From contig NC_091288.1 of NCBI RefSeq assembly GCF_032444005.1, positions 217,434,001 to 217,498,000 of the forward strand: a DNA stretch of 64,000 nucleotides. The letters run 5' to 3'. Below the pieces are notes generated by a model, which saw only the letters and a program-made list of their open reading frames with translations, ran no database searches and was not told the origin of the DNA. The stretch comes from Ranitomeya imitator (taxonomy: Eukaryota). This document shows positions 49,520 to 62,800 of the stretch, one piece after another. Position numbers and translations under genes: made by a program. Position 1 is the stretch's first letter. Each line of letters starts with the position of its first letter.

Positions 49520-50215
49520 TGTTACGTAGGACTGCAGAGCACATCTACATTATCTGTGTTGTTACATAGGACTGCAGAGCACATCTACATTATCTGCTGT
49601 TACGTAGGACTGCAGATCACATCTACATTATCTGTGTTGTTACGTAGGACTGCAGATCCCATCTACATTATCTGTGCTGTTACGTAGGACTGCAGAGCAC
49701 ATCTACATTATCTGTGCTGTAACGTAGGACTGCCGAGCACATCTACATTATCTGTGCTGTTACGTAGGACTGCAGAGCACATCTACATTATCTGTGCTGT
49801 TACGTAGGACGGCCGAGCACATCTACATTATCTGTGTTGTTACGTAGGACTGCAGAGCACATCTACATTATCTGTGTTGTTACATAGGACTGCAGATCCC
49901 ATCTACATTATCTGTGCTGTTACGTAGGACTGCAGAGCACATCTACATTATCTGTGTTGTTACGTAGGACTGCAGAGCACATCTACATTATCTGTGGTGT
50001 TACATAGGACTGCAGAGCACATCTACATTATCTGTGTTGTTACGTAGGACTGCAGAGCACATCTACATTATCTGTGTTGTTACATAGGACTGCAGAGCAC
50101 ATCTACATTATCTGTGTTGTTACGTAGGACTGCAGAGCACATCTACATTATCTGTGTTGTTACATAGGACTGCAGAGCACATCTACATTATCTGTGCTGT
50201 TACGTAGGACTGCAG
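49520..50215. repeat. 40-bp tandem repeat, ~17 copies, in the predicted 3' UTR of the NTPase gene
   Basis: Unit GTTACGTAGGACTGCAGAGCACATCTACATTATCTGTG(C/T)T; lies between the stop (49298) and AATAAA (50452). Confidence 0.96.
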
Positions 50216-50364
50216 GCACCACCTGCTCCATCATCTCTTCCCCGTGCGCTGCAGTGACACATTCGGCTCTGCTACATCTGTGCCTAGTACACTCCAGTAT
50301 AGATTTAGACTCTCGTCGCTGGTTCCCTTTTTTTATCGGGCATTCCTGATCCCGCCAGTATTGC

Positions 50365-50378
50365 CCAGCAGGGGGCGC
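50365..50378 (+). promoter_or_regulatory. Candidate CTCF site
   Basis: CCAGCAGGGGGCGC is a full match to CCASYAGRKGGCRS; motif match only. Confidence 0.5.
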
Positions 50379-50451
50379 CCCCTCCGTCTCCCGCGTTGTG
50401 AACTCTCATCCGCCTTCTTCGAGGTTTGTTTTTTTTTTTTTTGTACAAGAG

Positions 50452-50457
50452 AATAAA
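50452..50457 (+). terminator. Poly(A) signal of the NTPase gene
   Basis: First AATAAA I found after the stop codon, followed by a T/GT-rich tract. Confidence 0.7.
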
Positions 50458-50529
50458 TTATTTACTAATAGATTTTTGTGTCGCTTTTCAAGCCCAGCGC
50501 TTGTTGTCAGTGAATGAACACAGAAGCAC

Positions 50530-50861
50530 GACTAGTACATCACACCTTTATTCCAGCTCCTGCAGCCACGAAGGGGTTAACGAAGCTATGACCGGAATAC
50601 ACTGCAGCAGGCGGAGCAGCGCTCTGCGTCTCCTCTACACCGCTGCGACCAGATGTGATGTGCTGCAGCGCTTCGCTACCATCGTGTGTGGAGGCGGTGT
50701 GCCGGAGCGATGCTCTGCAGCGGGGGTAGGGCCAGCGGCCGCCTGCGTCTGCTCCGTGTCTCCCTGGTGAACGGCGGAGACTTCTGTCCACATTCACCAA
50801 TATCTCTGAGCCTGTCACGTGCCATCAAATCCTGCGCCCTAGAGCCGTCCGGAGAGGAAAC
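50530..50861 (-). other. nupr1: Predicted non-coding third exon (3' UTR) of nupr1
   Basis: Acceptor TTCCCTGCAG|G on - at 50861, immediately after the satellite; donor GTGAG at 56108, 3 nt after the stop codon. The left boundary is estimated from the poly(A) signal. Confidence 0.65.
50547..50552 (-). terminator. Poly(A) signal of nupr1
   Basis: AATAAA on -, ~310 nt into the predicted non-coding last exon that starts at 50861. Confidence 0.7.
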
Positions 50862-50878
50862 CTGCAGGGAAATCACCC

Positions 50879-53800
50879 GGGCAGTATTATAGCAGTTATA
50901 TTCCTGTACATAGGGGCAGTATTATAGCAGTTATATTCTTGTACATAGGGGCAGTATTATAGCAGTTATATTCCTGTACATAGGGGCAGTATTATAGCAG
51001 TTATATTCTTGTACATAGGGGCAGTATTATAGCAGTTATATTCCTGTACATAGGGGCAGTATTATAGTAGTTATATTCTTGTACATAGGGGCAGTATTAT
51101 AGGAGTTATATTCTTGTACATAGGAGCAGTATTATAGCAGTTATATTCTTGTACATAGGGGCAGTATTATAGCAGTTATATTCCTGTACATAGGGGCAGT
51201 ATTATAGGAGTTATATTCTTGTACATAGGGGCAGTATTATAGGAGTTATATTCTTGTACATAGGGGCAGTATTATAGTAGTTATATTCTTGTACATAGGG
51301 GCAGTATTATAGCAGTTATATTCCTGTACATAGGGGCAGTATTATAGGAGTTATATTCTTGTACATAGGGGCAGTATTATAGGAGTTCTATTCCTGTACA
51401 TAGGGGCAGTATTATAGCAGTTATATTCTTGTACATAGGGGCAGTATTATAGGGGTTCTATTCCTGTACATAGGGGCAGTATTATAGGAGTTATATTCTT
51501 GTACATAGGAGCAGTATTATAGGAGTTATATTCTTATACATAGGAGCAGTATTATAGGAGTTATATTCTTGTATATAGGGGCAGTATTATAGTAGTTATA
51601 TTCTTGTACATAGGAGCAGTATTATAGTAGTTATATTCTTGTACATAGGAGCAGTATTATAGTAGTTATATTCTTGTACATAGGAGCAGTATTATAGTAG
51701 TTATATTCTTGTACATAGGAGCAGTATTACAGCAGTTATATTCTTGTACATAGGGGCAGTATTACAGCAGTTATATTCTTGTACATAGGGGCAGTATTAC
51801 AGCAGTTATATTCTTGTACATAGGGGCAGTATTATAGTAGTTATATTCTTGTACATAGGAGCAGTATTATAGTAGTTATATTCTTGTACATAGGAGCAGT
51901 ATTATAGTAGTTATATTCTTGTACATAGGGGCAGTATTATAGGAGTTATATTCTTGTACATAGGAGCAGTATTATAGGAGTTATATTCCTGTACATAGGG
52001 GCAGTATTATAGTAGTTTTATTCTTGTACATAGGGGCAGTATTATAGTAGTTATATTCTTGTATATAGGGGCAGTATTATAGCAGTTATATTCCTGTACA
52101 TAGGGGCAGTATTATAGTAGTTTTATTCTTGTACATAGGGGCAGTATTATAGTAGTTATATTCTTGTACATAGGAGCAGTATTATAGTAGTTATATTCTA
52201 GTACATAGGGGCAGTATTATAGTAGTTATATTCTTGTACATAGGGGCAGTATTATAGTAGTTATATTCTTGTACATAGGGGCAGTATTATAGCAGTTATA
52301 TTCTTGTACATAGGGGCAGTATTATAGCAGTTATATTCCTGTACATAGGGGCAGTATTATAGGAGTTATATTCCTGTACATAGGAGCAGTATTATAGTAG
52401 TTATATTCTTGTACATAGGGGCAGTATTATAGCAGTTATATTCTTGTATATAGGGGCAGTATTATAGCAGTTATATTCCTGTACATAGGGGCAGTATTAT
52501 AGGAGTTATATTCCTGTACATAGGATCAGTATTATAGTAGTTATATTCTTGTACATAGGGGCAGTATTATAGTAGTTATATTCTTGTATATAGGAGCAGT
52601 ATTATAGTAGTTATATTCTTGTACATAGGGGCAGTATTATAGGAGTTATATTCTTGTATATAGGAGCAGTATTATAGTAGTTATATTCTAGTACATAGGG
52701 GCAGTATTATAGTAGTTATATTCTTGTACATAGGGGCAGTATTATAGGAGTTATATTCTTGTATATAGGAGCAGTATTATAGTAGTTATATTCTTGTACA
52801 TAGGGGCAGTATTATAGGAGTTATATTCTTGTATATAGGAGCAGTATTATAGTAGTTATATTCTTGTACATAGGGGCAGAGTTATAGGAGTTATATTCTT
52901 GTACATAGGGGCAGTATTATAGTAGTTATATTCTTGTACATAGGGGCAGAATTATAGTAGTTATATTCTTGTATATAGGGGCAGTATTATAGCAGTTATA
53001 TTCTTGTACATAGGAGCAGTATTATAGTAGATATATTCTTGTACATAGAGGCAGTATTATAGTAGTTATATTCTTGTACATAGGAGCAATATTATAGTAG
53101 TTATATTCTTGTACATAGGGGGCAGTATTATAGTAGTTATAGTCTTGTACATAGGGGCAGTATTATAGTAGTTATATTCTTGCACATAGGGGCAGTATTA
53201 TAGTAGTTATATTCTTGTACATAGGGGCAGAGTTATAGGAGTTATATTCTTGTACATAGGGGCAGTATTATAGTAGTTATATTCTTGTACATAGGGGCAG
53301 AATTATAGTAGTTATATTCTTGTATATAGGGGCAGTATTATAGCAGTTATATTCTTGTACATAGGAGCAGTATTATAGTAGATATATTCTTGTACATAGA
53401 GGCAGTATTATAGTAGTTATATTCTTGTACATAGGAGCAATATTATAGTAGTTATATTCTTGTACATAGGGGGCAGTATTATAGTAGTTATAGTCTTGTA
53501 CATAGGGGCAGTATTATAGTAGTTATATTCTTGCACATAGGGGCAGTATTATAGTAGTTATATTCTTGTACATAGGGGCAGAGTTATAGGAGTTATATTC
53601 TTGTACATAGGGGCAGAGTTATAGGAGTTATATTCTTGTACATAGGGGCAGTATTATAGTAGTTATATTCTTGTACATAGGGGCAGAATTATAGTAGTTA
53701 TATTCTTGTATATAGGGGCAGTATTATAGTAGTTATATTCTTGTACATAGGAGCAGTATTATAGTAGTTATATTCTTGTACATAGGAGCAGTATTATAGT

Positions 53801-56077
53801 AGTTATATTCTTGTACATAGGGGCAGAGTTATAGGAGTTATATTCTTGTACATAGGGGCAGTATTATAGTAGTTATATTCTTGTACATAGGGGCAGAATT
53901 ATAGTAGTTATATTCTTGTATATAGGGGCAGTATTATAGCAGTTATATTCTTGTACATAGGAGCAGTATTATAGTAGATATATTCTTGTACATAGAGGCA
54001 GTATTATAGTAGTTATATTCTTGTACATAGGAGCAATATTATAGTAGTTATATTCTTGTACATAGGGGGCAGTATTATAGTAGTTATAGTCTTGTACATA
54101 GGGGCAGTATTATAGTAGTTATATTCTTGCACATAGGGGCAGTATTATAGTAGTTATATTCTTGCACATAGGAGCAGTATTATAGTAGTTATATTCTTGT
54201 ACATAGGAGCAGTATTATAGTAGTTATATTCTTGTACCTAGCAGTATTATAGTAGTTATATTCTTGTACATAGGGGCAGAATTATAGGAGTTATATTCTT
54301 GTACATAGGGGCAGTATATTAGTAGTTATATTCCTGTACATAGGGGCAGTATTATAGTAGTTATATTCTTGTATATATGGAGCAGTATTATAGGAGTTAT
54401 ATTCTTGTACATAAGGGCAGTATTATAGTAGATATATTCTTGTACATAGAAGCAGTATTATAGCAGATATATTCTTGTACATAGAAGCAGTATTATAGCA
54501 GTTATATTCTTGTATATAGGGGCAGTATTATAGTAGTTCTATTCTTGTACATAGGGGCAGTATTATAGTAGTTCTATTCTTGTACATAGGGGCAGTATTA
54601 TAGTAGTTCTATTCTTGTACATAGGGGCAGTATTATAGTAGTTCTATTCTTGTACATAGGGGCAGTATTATAGTAGTTCTATTCTTGTACATAGGGGCAG
54701 TATTATAGTAGTTCTATTCTTGTACATAGGGGCAGTATTATAGTAGTTCTATTCTTGTACATAGGGGCAGTATTATAGCAGTTATATTCTTGTACATAGG
54801 GGCAGTATTATAGCAGTTATATTCTTGTACATAGGAGCAGTATTATAGCAGTTATATTCTTGTACATAGGGGCAGTATTATAGTAGTTATATTCTTGTAC
54901 ATAGGGAGCAGTATTATAGTAGCTATGTTCTTGTACATAGGAGCAGTATTATAGTAGTTATATTCTTGTACATAGGAGCAGTATTATAGTAGTTATATTC
55001 TTGTACATAGGGGCAGTATTATAGTAGTTATATTCTTGTACATAGGGGCAGTATTATAGCAGTTATATTCCTGTACATAGGGGCAGTATTATAGGAGTTA
55101 TATTCCTGTACATAGGATCAGTATTATAGTAGTTATATTCTTGTACATAGGGGCAGAATTATAGGAGTTATATTCTTGTACATAGGGGCAGTATATTAGT
55201 AGTTATATTCCTGTACATAGGGGCAGTATTATAGTAGTTATATTCTTGTATATATGGAGCAGTATTATAGGAGTTATATTCTTGTACATAGGGGCAGTAT
55301 TATAGTAGATATATTCTTGTACATAGAAGCAGTATTATAGTGGTTATATTCTTGTATATAGGGGCAGTATTATAGTAGTTCTATTCTTGTACATAGGGGC
55401 AGTATTATAGTAGTTCTATTCTTGTACATAGGGGCAGTATTATAGTAGTTCTATTCTTGTACATAGGGGCAGTATTATAGCAGTTATATTCTTGTACATA
55501 GGGGCAGTATTATAGCAGTTATATTCTTGTACATAGGAGCAGTATTATAGCAGTTATATTCTTGTATATAGGGAGCAGTATTATAGTAGCTATATTCTTG
55601 TACATAGGAGCAGTATTATAGTAGTTATATTCTTGTACATAGGAGCAGTATTATAGTAGTTATATTCTTGTACATAGGAGAAGTATTATAGTAGGTATAT
55701 TCTTGTACATAGGGGCAGTATTATAGTAGTTATATTCTTGTACATAGGAGCAGTATTATAGTAGTTATATTCTTGTACATAGGAGCAGTATTATAGTAGG
55801 TATATTCTTGTACATAGGAGCAGTATTATATTAGTTATATTCTTGTACATAGGAGCAGTATTATAGTAGTTATATTCTTGTATATAGGAGCAGTATTATA
55901 GTAGTTCTATTCTTGTAAATAGGGGCAGTATTATAGTAGTTATATTCTTGTACATAGGAGCAGTATTACAGCAGTTATATTCTTGTACATAGGGGCAGTA
56001 TTATAGCAGTTATATTCCTGTACATAGGGGGCAGTATTATAGCACTGATATTCTCTTATATAGGAGGCAGTATTATT
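50879..56077. repeat. 35-bp AT-rich satellite, ~5.2 kb, ~148 copies, filling nupr1 intron 2
   Basis: Unit GCAGTATTATAGTAGTTATATTCTTGTACATAGG(G/A); a block of variants recurs near 53030, 53380 and 53975. Confidence 0.99.
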
Positions 56078-56111
56078 TTATACCATGTGACGCTTCTTTT
56101 ACTCTCACCCA

Positions 56112-56675
56112 TCACTCTTTTCCAGGTTTACTCTTTTTCTTGTTTTCCGTCTTCTGCAGTTTCTCCACAATCTTCCTCTCGTGGCCCGCGGCGTTGTCTT
56201 TATTTGTGTTCTCTTGTGCCTCTTTCTTCGTCCGCCCCTTCCTGGCTGACGACGTTACTGTGGGGATGAAGACTCCTTGTTAGCGGTGAGGACAGTGATC
56301 GGTTTGGGTCGGTGTCTGGTCCCGCTCTCCGGTTCCTCTGACTTCTGTGACTATTATTGCACAGATCTGCCAGATGAGCCCGACAATCAGCGTTCTGTAT
56401 AATGGGGGCGCTGGCCCTTTAAATGGTGAAATTTCACAACATAACGCTGATTGTAGCGTGTAAGATGACGCCAGATACAGTATTATTACACGTTCCCCCC
56501 CCCCCCTCCCGTAGATGTGAAGCCCCCAATCTCGAGGGGATTATATGGGGGCTCTCGGGGTCAGAGGTTACTTACAGGCGTAGCGGTCGGTGAGGTTGTA
56601 GTAGTCGTAGTCATCGAAGTACCGAACCTCGAAGTCGGTGGGCTGCAGCTTGTCGGCCTGTACGTAGGAGGTCAT
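56112..56675 (-). CDS. nupr1: Nuclear protein 1 (p8/COM1), 81 aa
   Basis: Exon 1 56675-56576 (Kozak GCCACCATG, donor GTAAGT) and exon 2 56257-56112: MTSYVQADKLQPTDFEVRYFDDYDYYNLTDRYALTSSARKGRTKKEAQENTNKDNAAGHERKIVEKLQKTENKKKSKPGKE. RKGRTK.EA..NTN....GHERK is the NUPR1 family signature. Not in the ORF track. Confidence 0.95.
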
Positions 56676-56764
56676 GGTGGCGTCTCTGGGGGTCTCTCTC
56701 TGGGGGTCTCTCAGCGTCTGTCGCTCTCAGATTCTCAGGTTGTTTTTGTGTCTCTTCTTTGGCT

Positions 56765-56840
56765 GGAGTTTATATTATGGAGACTCCGCCCACTCTGTCC
56801 TGCTCCGCCCCTGACCACGCCCCCACGTTGCATCAGACTC
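56765..56840 (-). promoter_or_regulatory. nupr1 core promoter: TATA box, GC boxes and a C/EBP-ATF (AARE) element
   Basis: TATAAA (56774-56769), GGGCGG (56791-56786, 56810-56805), GGGGCGTGG (~56823-56815), TGATGCAAC (56835-56827). Confidence 0.75.
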
Positions 56841-56868
56841 CAGTGTTTACATCTGATTACAGCATCGT

Positions 56869-59800
56869 CTGCAGAGCATCTCACCTGAGGAATCACACCC
56901 CGTACTGCCCTGCAGAGCATCTCACCTGAGGAATCACACCCCGTACTGCCCTGCAGAGCATCTCACCTGAGGAATCACACCCCGTACTGCCCTGCAGAGC
57001 ATCTCACCTGAGGAATCACGCCCTGTACTGCCCTGCAGAGCGTCTCACCTGAAAAATCACACCCCGTACTGCCCTGCAGAGCATCTCACCTGAGGAATCA
57101 CACCCCGTACTGCCCTGCAGAGCGTCTCACCTGAGGAATCACGCCCTGTACTGCCCTGCAGAGCGTCTCACCTGAGGAATCACGCCCTGTACTGCCCTGC
57201 AGAGCGTCTCACCTGAAAAATCACACCCCGTACTGCCCTGCAGAGCGTCTCACCTGAGGAATCACACCCCGTACTGCCCTGCAGAGCGTCTCACCTGGGG
57301 AATCACACCCCGTACTGCCCTGCAGAGCATCTCACCTGAGGAATCACACCCCATACTGCCCTGCAGAGCGTCTCACCTGAGGAATCACACCCCGTACTGC
57401 CCTGCAGAGCGTCTCACCTGAGGAATCACGCCCTGTACTGCCCTGCAGAGCGTCTCACCTGAAAAATCACACCCCGTACTGCCCTGCAGAGCATCTCACC
57501 TGAGGAATCACACCCCGTACTGCCCTGCAGAGCATCTCACCTGGGGAATCACACCCTGTACTGCCCTGCAGAGCGTCTCACCTGAAAAATCACACCCCGT
57601 ACTGCCCTGCAGAGCGTCTCACCTGAGGAATCACACCCCGTACTGCCCTGCAGAGCGTCTCACCTGGGGAATCACACCCCGTACTGCCCTGCAGAGCATC
57701 TCACCTGAGGAATCACACCCCATACTGCCCTGCAGAGCGTCTCACCTGAGGAATCACACCCCGTACTGCCCTGCAGAGCGTCTCACCTGAGGAATCACGC
57801 CCTGTACTGCCCTGCAGAGCGTCTCACCTGAAAAATCACACCCCGTACTGCCCTGCAGAGCGTCTCACCTGAGGAATCACACCCCGTACTGCCCTGCAGA
57901 GCATCTCACCTGGGGAATCACACCCTGTACTGCCCTGCAGAGCGTCTCACCTGAAAAATCACACCCCGTACTGCCCTGCAGAGCGTCTCACCTGAGGAAT
58001 CACACCCCGTACTGCCCTGCAGAGCGTCTCACCTGAAAAATCACACCCCGTACTGCCCTGCAGAGCGTCTCACCTGAGGAATCACATCCCGTACTGCCCT
58101 GCAGAGCGTCTCACCTGAGGAAACACATCCCGTACTGCCCTGCAGAGCATCTCACCTGAGGAATCACATCCCGTACTGCCCTGCAGAGCGTCTCACCTGA
58201 AAAATCACACCCCGTACTGCCCTGCAGAGCGTCTCACCTGAGGAATCACACCCCGTACTGCCCTGCAGAGCATCTCACCTGGGGAATCACACCCTGTACT
58301 GCCCTGCAGAGCGTCTCACCTGAAAAATCACACCCCGTACTGCCCTGCAGAGCGTCTCACCTGAGGAATCACACCCCGTACTGCCCTGCAGAGCGTCTCA
58401 CCTGGGGAATCACACCCCGTACTGCCCTGCAGAGCATCTCACCTGAGGAATCACACCCCATACTGCCCTGCAGAGCGTCTCACCTGAGGAATCACACCCC
58501 GTACTGCCCTGCAGAGCGTCTCACCTGAGGAATCACGCCCTGTACTGCCCTGCAGAGCGTCTCACCTGAAAAATCACACCCCGTACTGCCCTGCAGAGCG
58601 TCTCACCTGAGGAATCACACCCCGTACTGCCCTGCAGAGCATCTCACCTGGGGAATCACACCCTGTACTGCCCTGCAGAGCGTCTCACCTGAAAAATCAC
58701 ACCCCGTACTGCCCTGCAGAGCGTCTCACCTGAGGAATCACACCCCGTACTGCCCTGCAGAGCGTCTCACCTGAAAAATCACACCCCGTACTGCCCTGCA
58801 GAGCGTCTCACCTGAGGAATCACATCCCGTACTGCCCTGCAGAGCGTCTCACCTGAGGAAACACATCCCGTACTGCCCTGCAGAGCATCTCACCTGAGGA
58901 ATCACATCCCGTACTGCCCTGCAGAGCGTCTCACCTGAAAAATCACACCCCGTACTGCCCTGCAGAGCGTCTCACCTGAGGAATCACATCCCGTACTGCC
59001 CTGCAGAGCGTCTCACCTGAGGAATCACATCCCGTACTGCCCTGCAGAGCGTCTCACCTGAGGAATCACATCCCGTACTGCCCTGCAGAGCGTCTCACCT
59101 GAGGAATCACACCCTGTACTGCCATGCAGAGCGTCTCACCTGAGGAATCACCCCGTACTGCCATGCAGAGCGTCTCACCTGAGGAATCACACCCCGTACT
59201 GCCCTGCAGAGCATCTCACCTGGGGAATCACACCCCGTACTGCCCTGCAGAGCGTCTCACCTGGGGAATCACACCCCGTACTGCCCTGCAGAGCGTCTCA
59301 CCTTGGGAATCACACCCCGTACTGCCCTGCAGAGCGTCTCACCTGGGGAATCACACCCCGTACTGCCCTGCAGAGCGTCTCATCTGGGGAATCACACCCC
59401 GTACTGCCCTGCAGAGCGACTCACCTGAGGAATCACACCCCGTACTGCGCTGCAGAGCGTCTCACCTGAGGAATCACACCTCGTACTGCCCTGCAGAGCG
59501 TCTCACCTGAAAAATCACACCCCGTACTGCCCTGCAGAGCGTCTCACCTGAGGAATCACATCCCGTACTGCCCTGCAGAGTGTCTCACCTGAGGAATCAC
59601 ACCCTGTACTGCCCTGCAGAGCGTCTCACCTGAGGAATCACACCCTGTACTGCTCTGCAGAGCGTCTCACCTGGGGAATCACACCCCGTACTGCCCTGCA
59701 GAGCGACTCACCTGAGGAATCACACCCCGTACTGCCCTGCAGAGCGTCTCACCTGAGGAATCACACCCCGTACTGCCCTGCAGAGCGTCTCACCTGAGGA

Positions 59801-62800
59801 ATCACACCCTGTTCTGCTCTGCAGAGCGTCTCACCTGGGGAATCACACCCCGTACTGCCCTGCAGAGCGACTCACCTGAGGAATCACACCCCGTACTGCC
59901 CTGCAGTGCGTCTCACCTGAGGAATCACGCCCTGTACTGCCCTGCAGTGCGTCTCACCTGAGGAATCACGCCCTGTACTGCCCTGCAGAGCGTCTCACCT
60001 GAGGAATCACGCCCTGTACTGCCCTGCAGAGCGTCTCACCTGAAAAATCACACCCCGTACTGCCCTGCAGAGCGTCTCACCTGAGGAATCACACCCCGTA
60101 CTGCCCTGCAGAGCGTCTCACCTGGGGAATCACACCCCGTACTGCCCTGCAGAGCATCTCACCTGAGGAATCACACCCCGTACTGCCCTGCAGAGCGTCT
60201 CACCTGAGGAATCACACCCCGTACTGCCCTGCAGAGCGTCTCACCTGAGGAATCACACCCCGTACTGCCCTGCAGAGCGTCTCACCTGAGGAATCACACC
60301 CCGTACTGCCCTGCAGAGCATCTCACCTGAGGAATCACACCCCGTACTGCCCTGCAGAGCGTCTCACCTGAGGAATCACACCCCGTACTGCCCTGCAGAG
60401 CGTCTCACCTGAGGAATCACACCCTGTACTGCCCTGCAGAGCGTCTCACCTGAGGAATCACGCCCTGTACTGCCCTGCAGAGCGTCTCACCTGAAAAATC
60501 ACACCCCGTACTGCCCTGCAGAGCGTCTCACCTGAGGAATCACACCCCGTACTGCCCTGCAGAGCGTCTCACCTGAAAAATCACACCCCGTACTGCCCTG
60601 CAGAGCGTCTCACCTGAGGAATCACACCCCGTACTGCCCTGCAGAGCGTCTCACCTGAAAAATCACACCCCCGTACTGCCCTGCAGAGCGTCTCACCTGA
60701 GGAATCACATCCCGTACTGCTCTGCAGAGCGTCTCACCTGAGGAATCACATCCCGTACTGCCCTGCAGAGCGTCTCACCTGAGGAATCACATCCCGTACT
60801 GCCCTGCAGAGCGTCTCACCTGAGGAATCACATCCCGTACTGCCCTGCAGAGCGTCTCACCTGAAAAATCACACCCCGTACTGCCCTGCAGAGCATCTCA
60901 CCTGGGGAATCACACCCCGTACTGCCCTGCAGAGCATCTCACCTGAGGAATCACACCCCGTACTGCCCTGCAGAGCTTCTCACCTGAGGAATCACACCCC
61001 GTACTGCCCTGCAGAGCGTGTCACCTGAGGAATCACGCCCTGTACTGCCCTGCAGAGCGTCTCACCTGAAAAATCACACCCCGTACTGCCCTGCAGAGCG
61101 TCTCACCTGAGGAATCACACCCCGTACTGCCCTGCAGAGCATCTCACCTGGGGAATCACACCCTGTACTGCCCTGCAGAGCGTCTCACCTGAAAAATCAC
61201 ACCCCGTACTGCCCTGCAGAGCGTCTCACCTGAGGAATCACACCCCGTACTGCCCTGCAGAGCGTCTCACCTGAAAAATCACACCCCGTACTGCCCTGCA
61301 GAGCGTCTCACCTGAGGAATCACATCCCGTACTGCCCTGCAGAGCGTCTCACCTGAGGAAACATCCCGTACTGCCCTGCAGAGCGTCTCACCTGAGGAAT
61401 CACATCCCGTACTGCCCTGCAGAGCGTCTCACCTGAAAAATCACACCCCGTACTGTCCTGCAGAGCGTCTCACCTGAGGAATCACATCCCGTACTGCCCT
61501 GCAGAGCGTCTCACCTGAGGAATCACATCCCGTACTGCCCTGCAGAGCGTCTCACCTGAGGAATCACATCCCGTACTGCCCTGCAGAGCGTCTCACCTGA
61601 GGAATCACACCCTGTACTGCCATGCAGAGCGTCTCACCTGAGGAATCACCCCGTACTGCCATGCAGAGCGTCTCACCTGAGGAATCACACCCCGTACTGC
61701 CCTGCAGAGCATCTCACCTGAGGAATCACACCCCCGTACTGCCCTGCAGAGCATCTCACCTGGGGAATCACATCCCGTACTGCCCTGCAGAGCGTCTCAC
61801 CTGAGGAATCACATCCCGTACTGCCCTGCAGAGCGTCTCACCTGAGGAATCACATCCCGTACTGCCCTGCAGAGCGTCTCACCTGAGGAATCACATCCCG
61901 TACTGCCCTGCAGAGCGTCTCACCTGAGGAATCACATCCCGTACTGCCCTGCAGAGCGTCTCACCTGAGGAATCACACCCTGTACTGCCATGCAGAGCGT
62001 CTCACCTGAGGAATCACCCCGTACTGCCCTGCAGAGCGTCTCACCTGAGGAATCACACCCCGTACTGCCCTGCAGAGCATCTCACCTGAGGAATCACACC
62101 CCCGTACTGCCCTGCAGAGCATCTCACCTGGGGAATCACACCCCGTACTGCCCTGCAGAGCGTCTCACCTGGGGAATCACACCCCGTACTGCCCTGCAGA
62201 GCGTCTCACCTTGGGAATCACACCCCGTACTGCCTTGCAGAGCGTCTCACCTGGGGAATCACACCCCGTACTGCCCTGCAGAGCGTCTTATCTGGGGAAT
62301 CACACCCCGTACTGCCCTGCAGAGCGACTCACCTGAGGAATCACACCCCGTACTGCCCTGCAGAGCGTCTCACCTGAGGAATCACACCCCGTACTGCCCT
62401 GCAGAGCGTCTCACCTGAAAAATCACACCCCGTACTGCCCTGCAGAGCGTCTCACCTGAGGAATCACATCCCGTACTGCCCTGCAGAGCGTCTCACCTGA
62501 GGAATCACACCCTGTACTGCCCTGCAGAGCGTCTCACCTGAGGAATCACACCCTGTACTGCTCTGCAGAGCGTCTCACCTGGGGAATCACACCCCGTACT
62601 GCCCTGCAGAGCGACTCACCTGAGGAATCACACCCCGTACTGCCCTGCAGAGCGTCTCACCTGAGGAATCACACCCCGTACTGCCCTGCAGAGCGTCTCA
62701 CCTGAGGAATCACACCCTGTACTGCTCTGCAGAGCGTCTCACCTGGGGAATCACACCCCGTACTGCCCTGCAGAGCGACTCACCTGAGGAATCACACCCC

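Noticed and set aside
50540-50892. Short ORFs on both strands between the convergent genes
   Set aside because: The region is explained as the non-coding last exon of nupr1; no homology or Kozak support.
56517-56888. 123-aa plus-strand ORF overlapping nupr1 exon 1
   Set aside because: Antisense shadow of the nupr1 coding exon and promoter.
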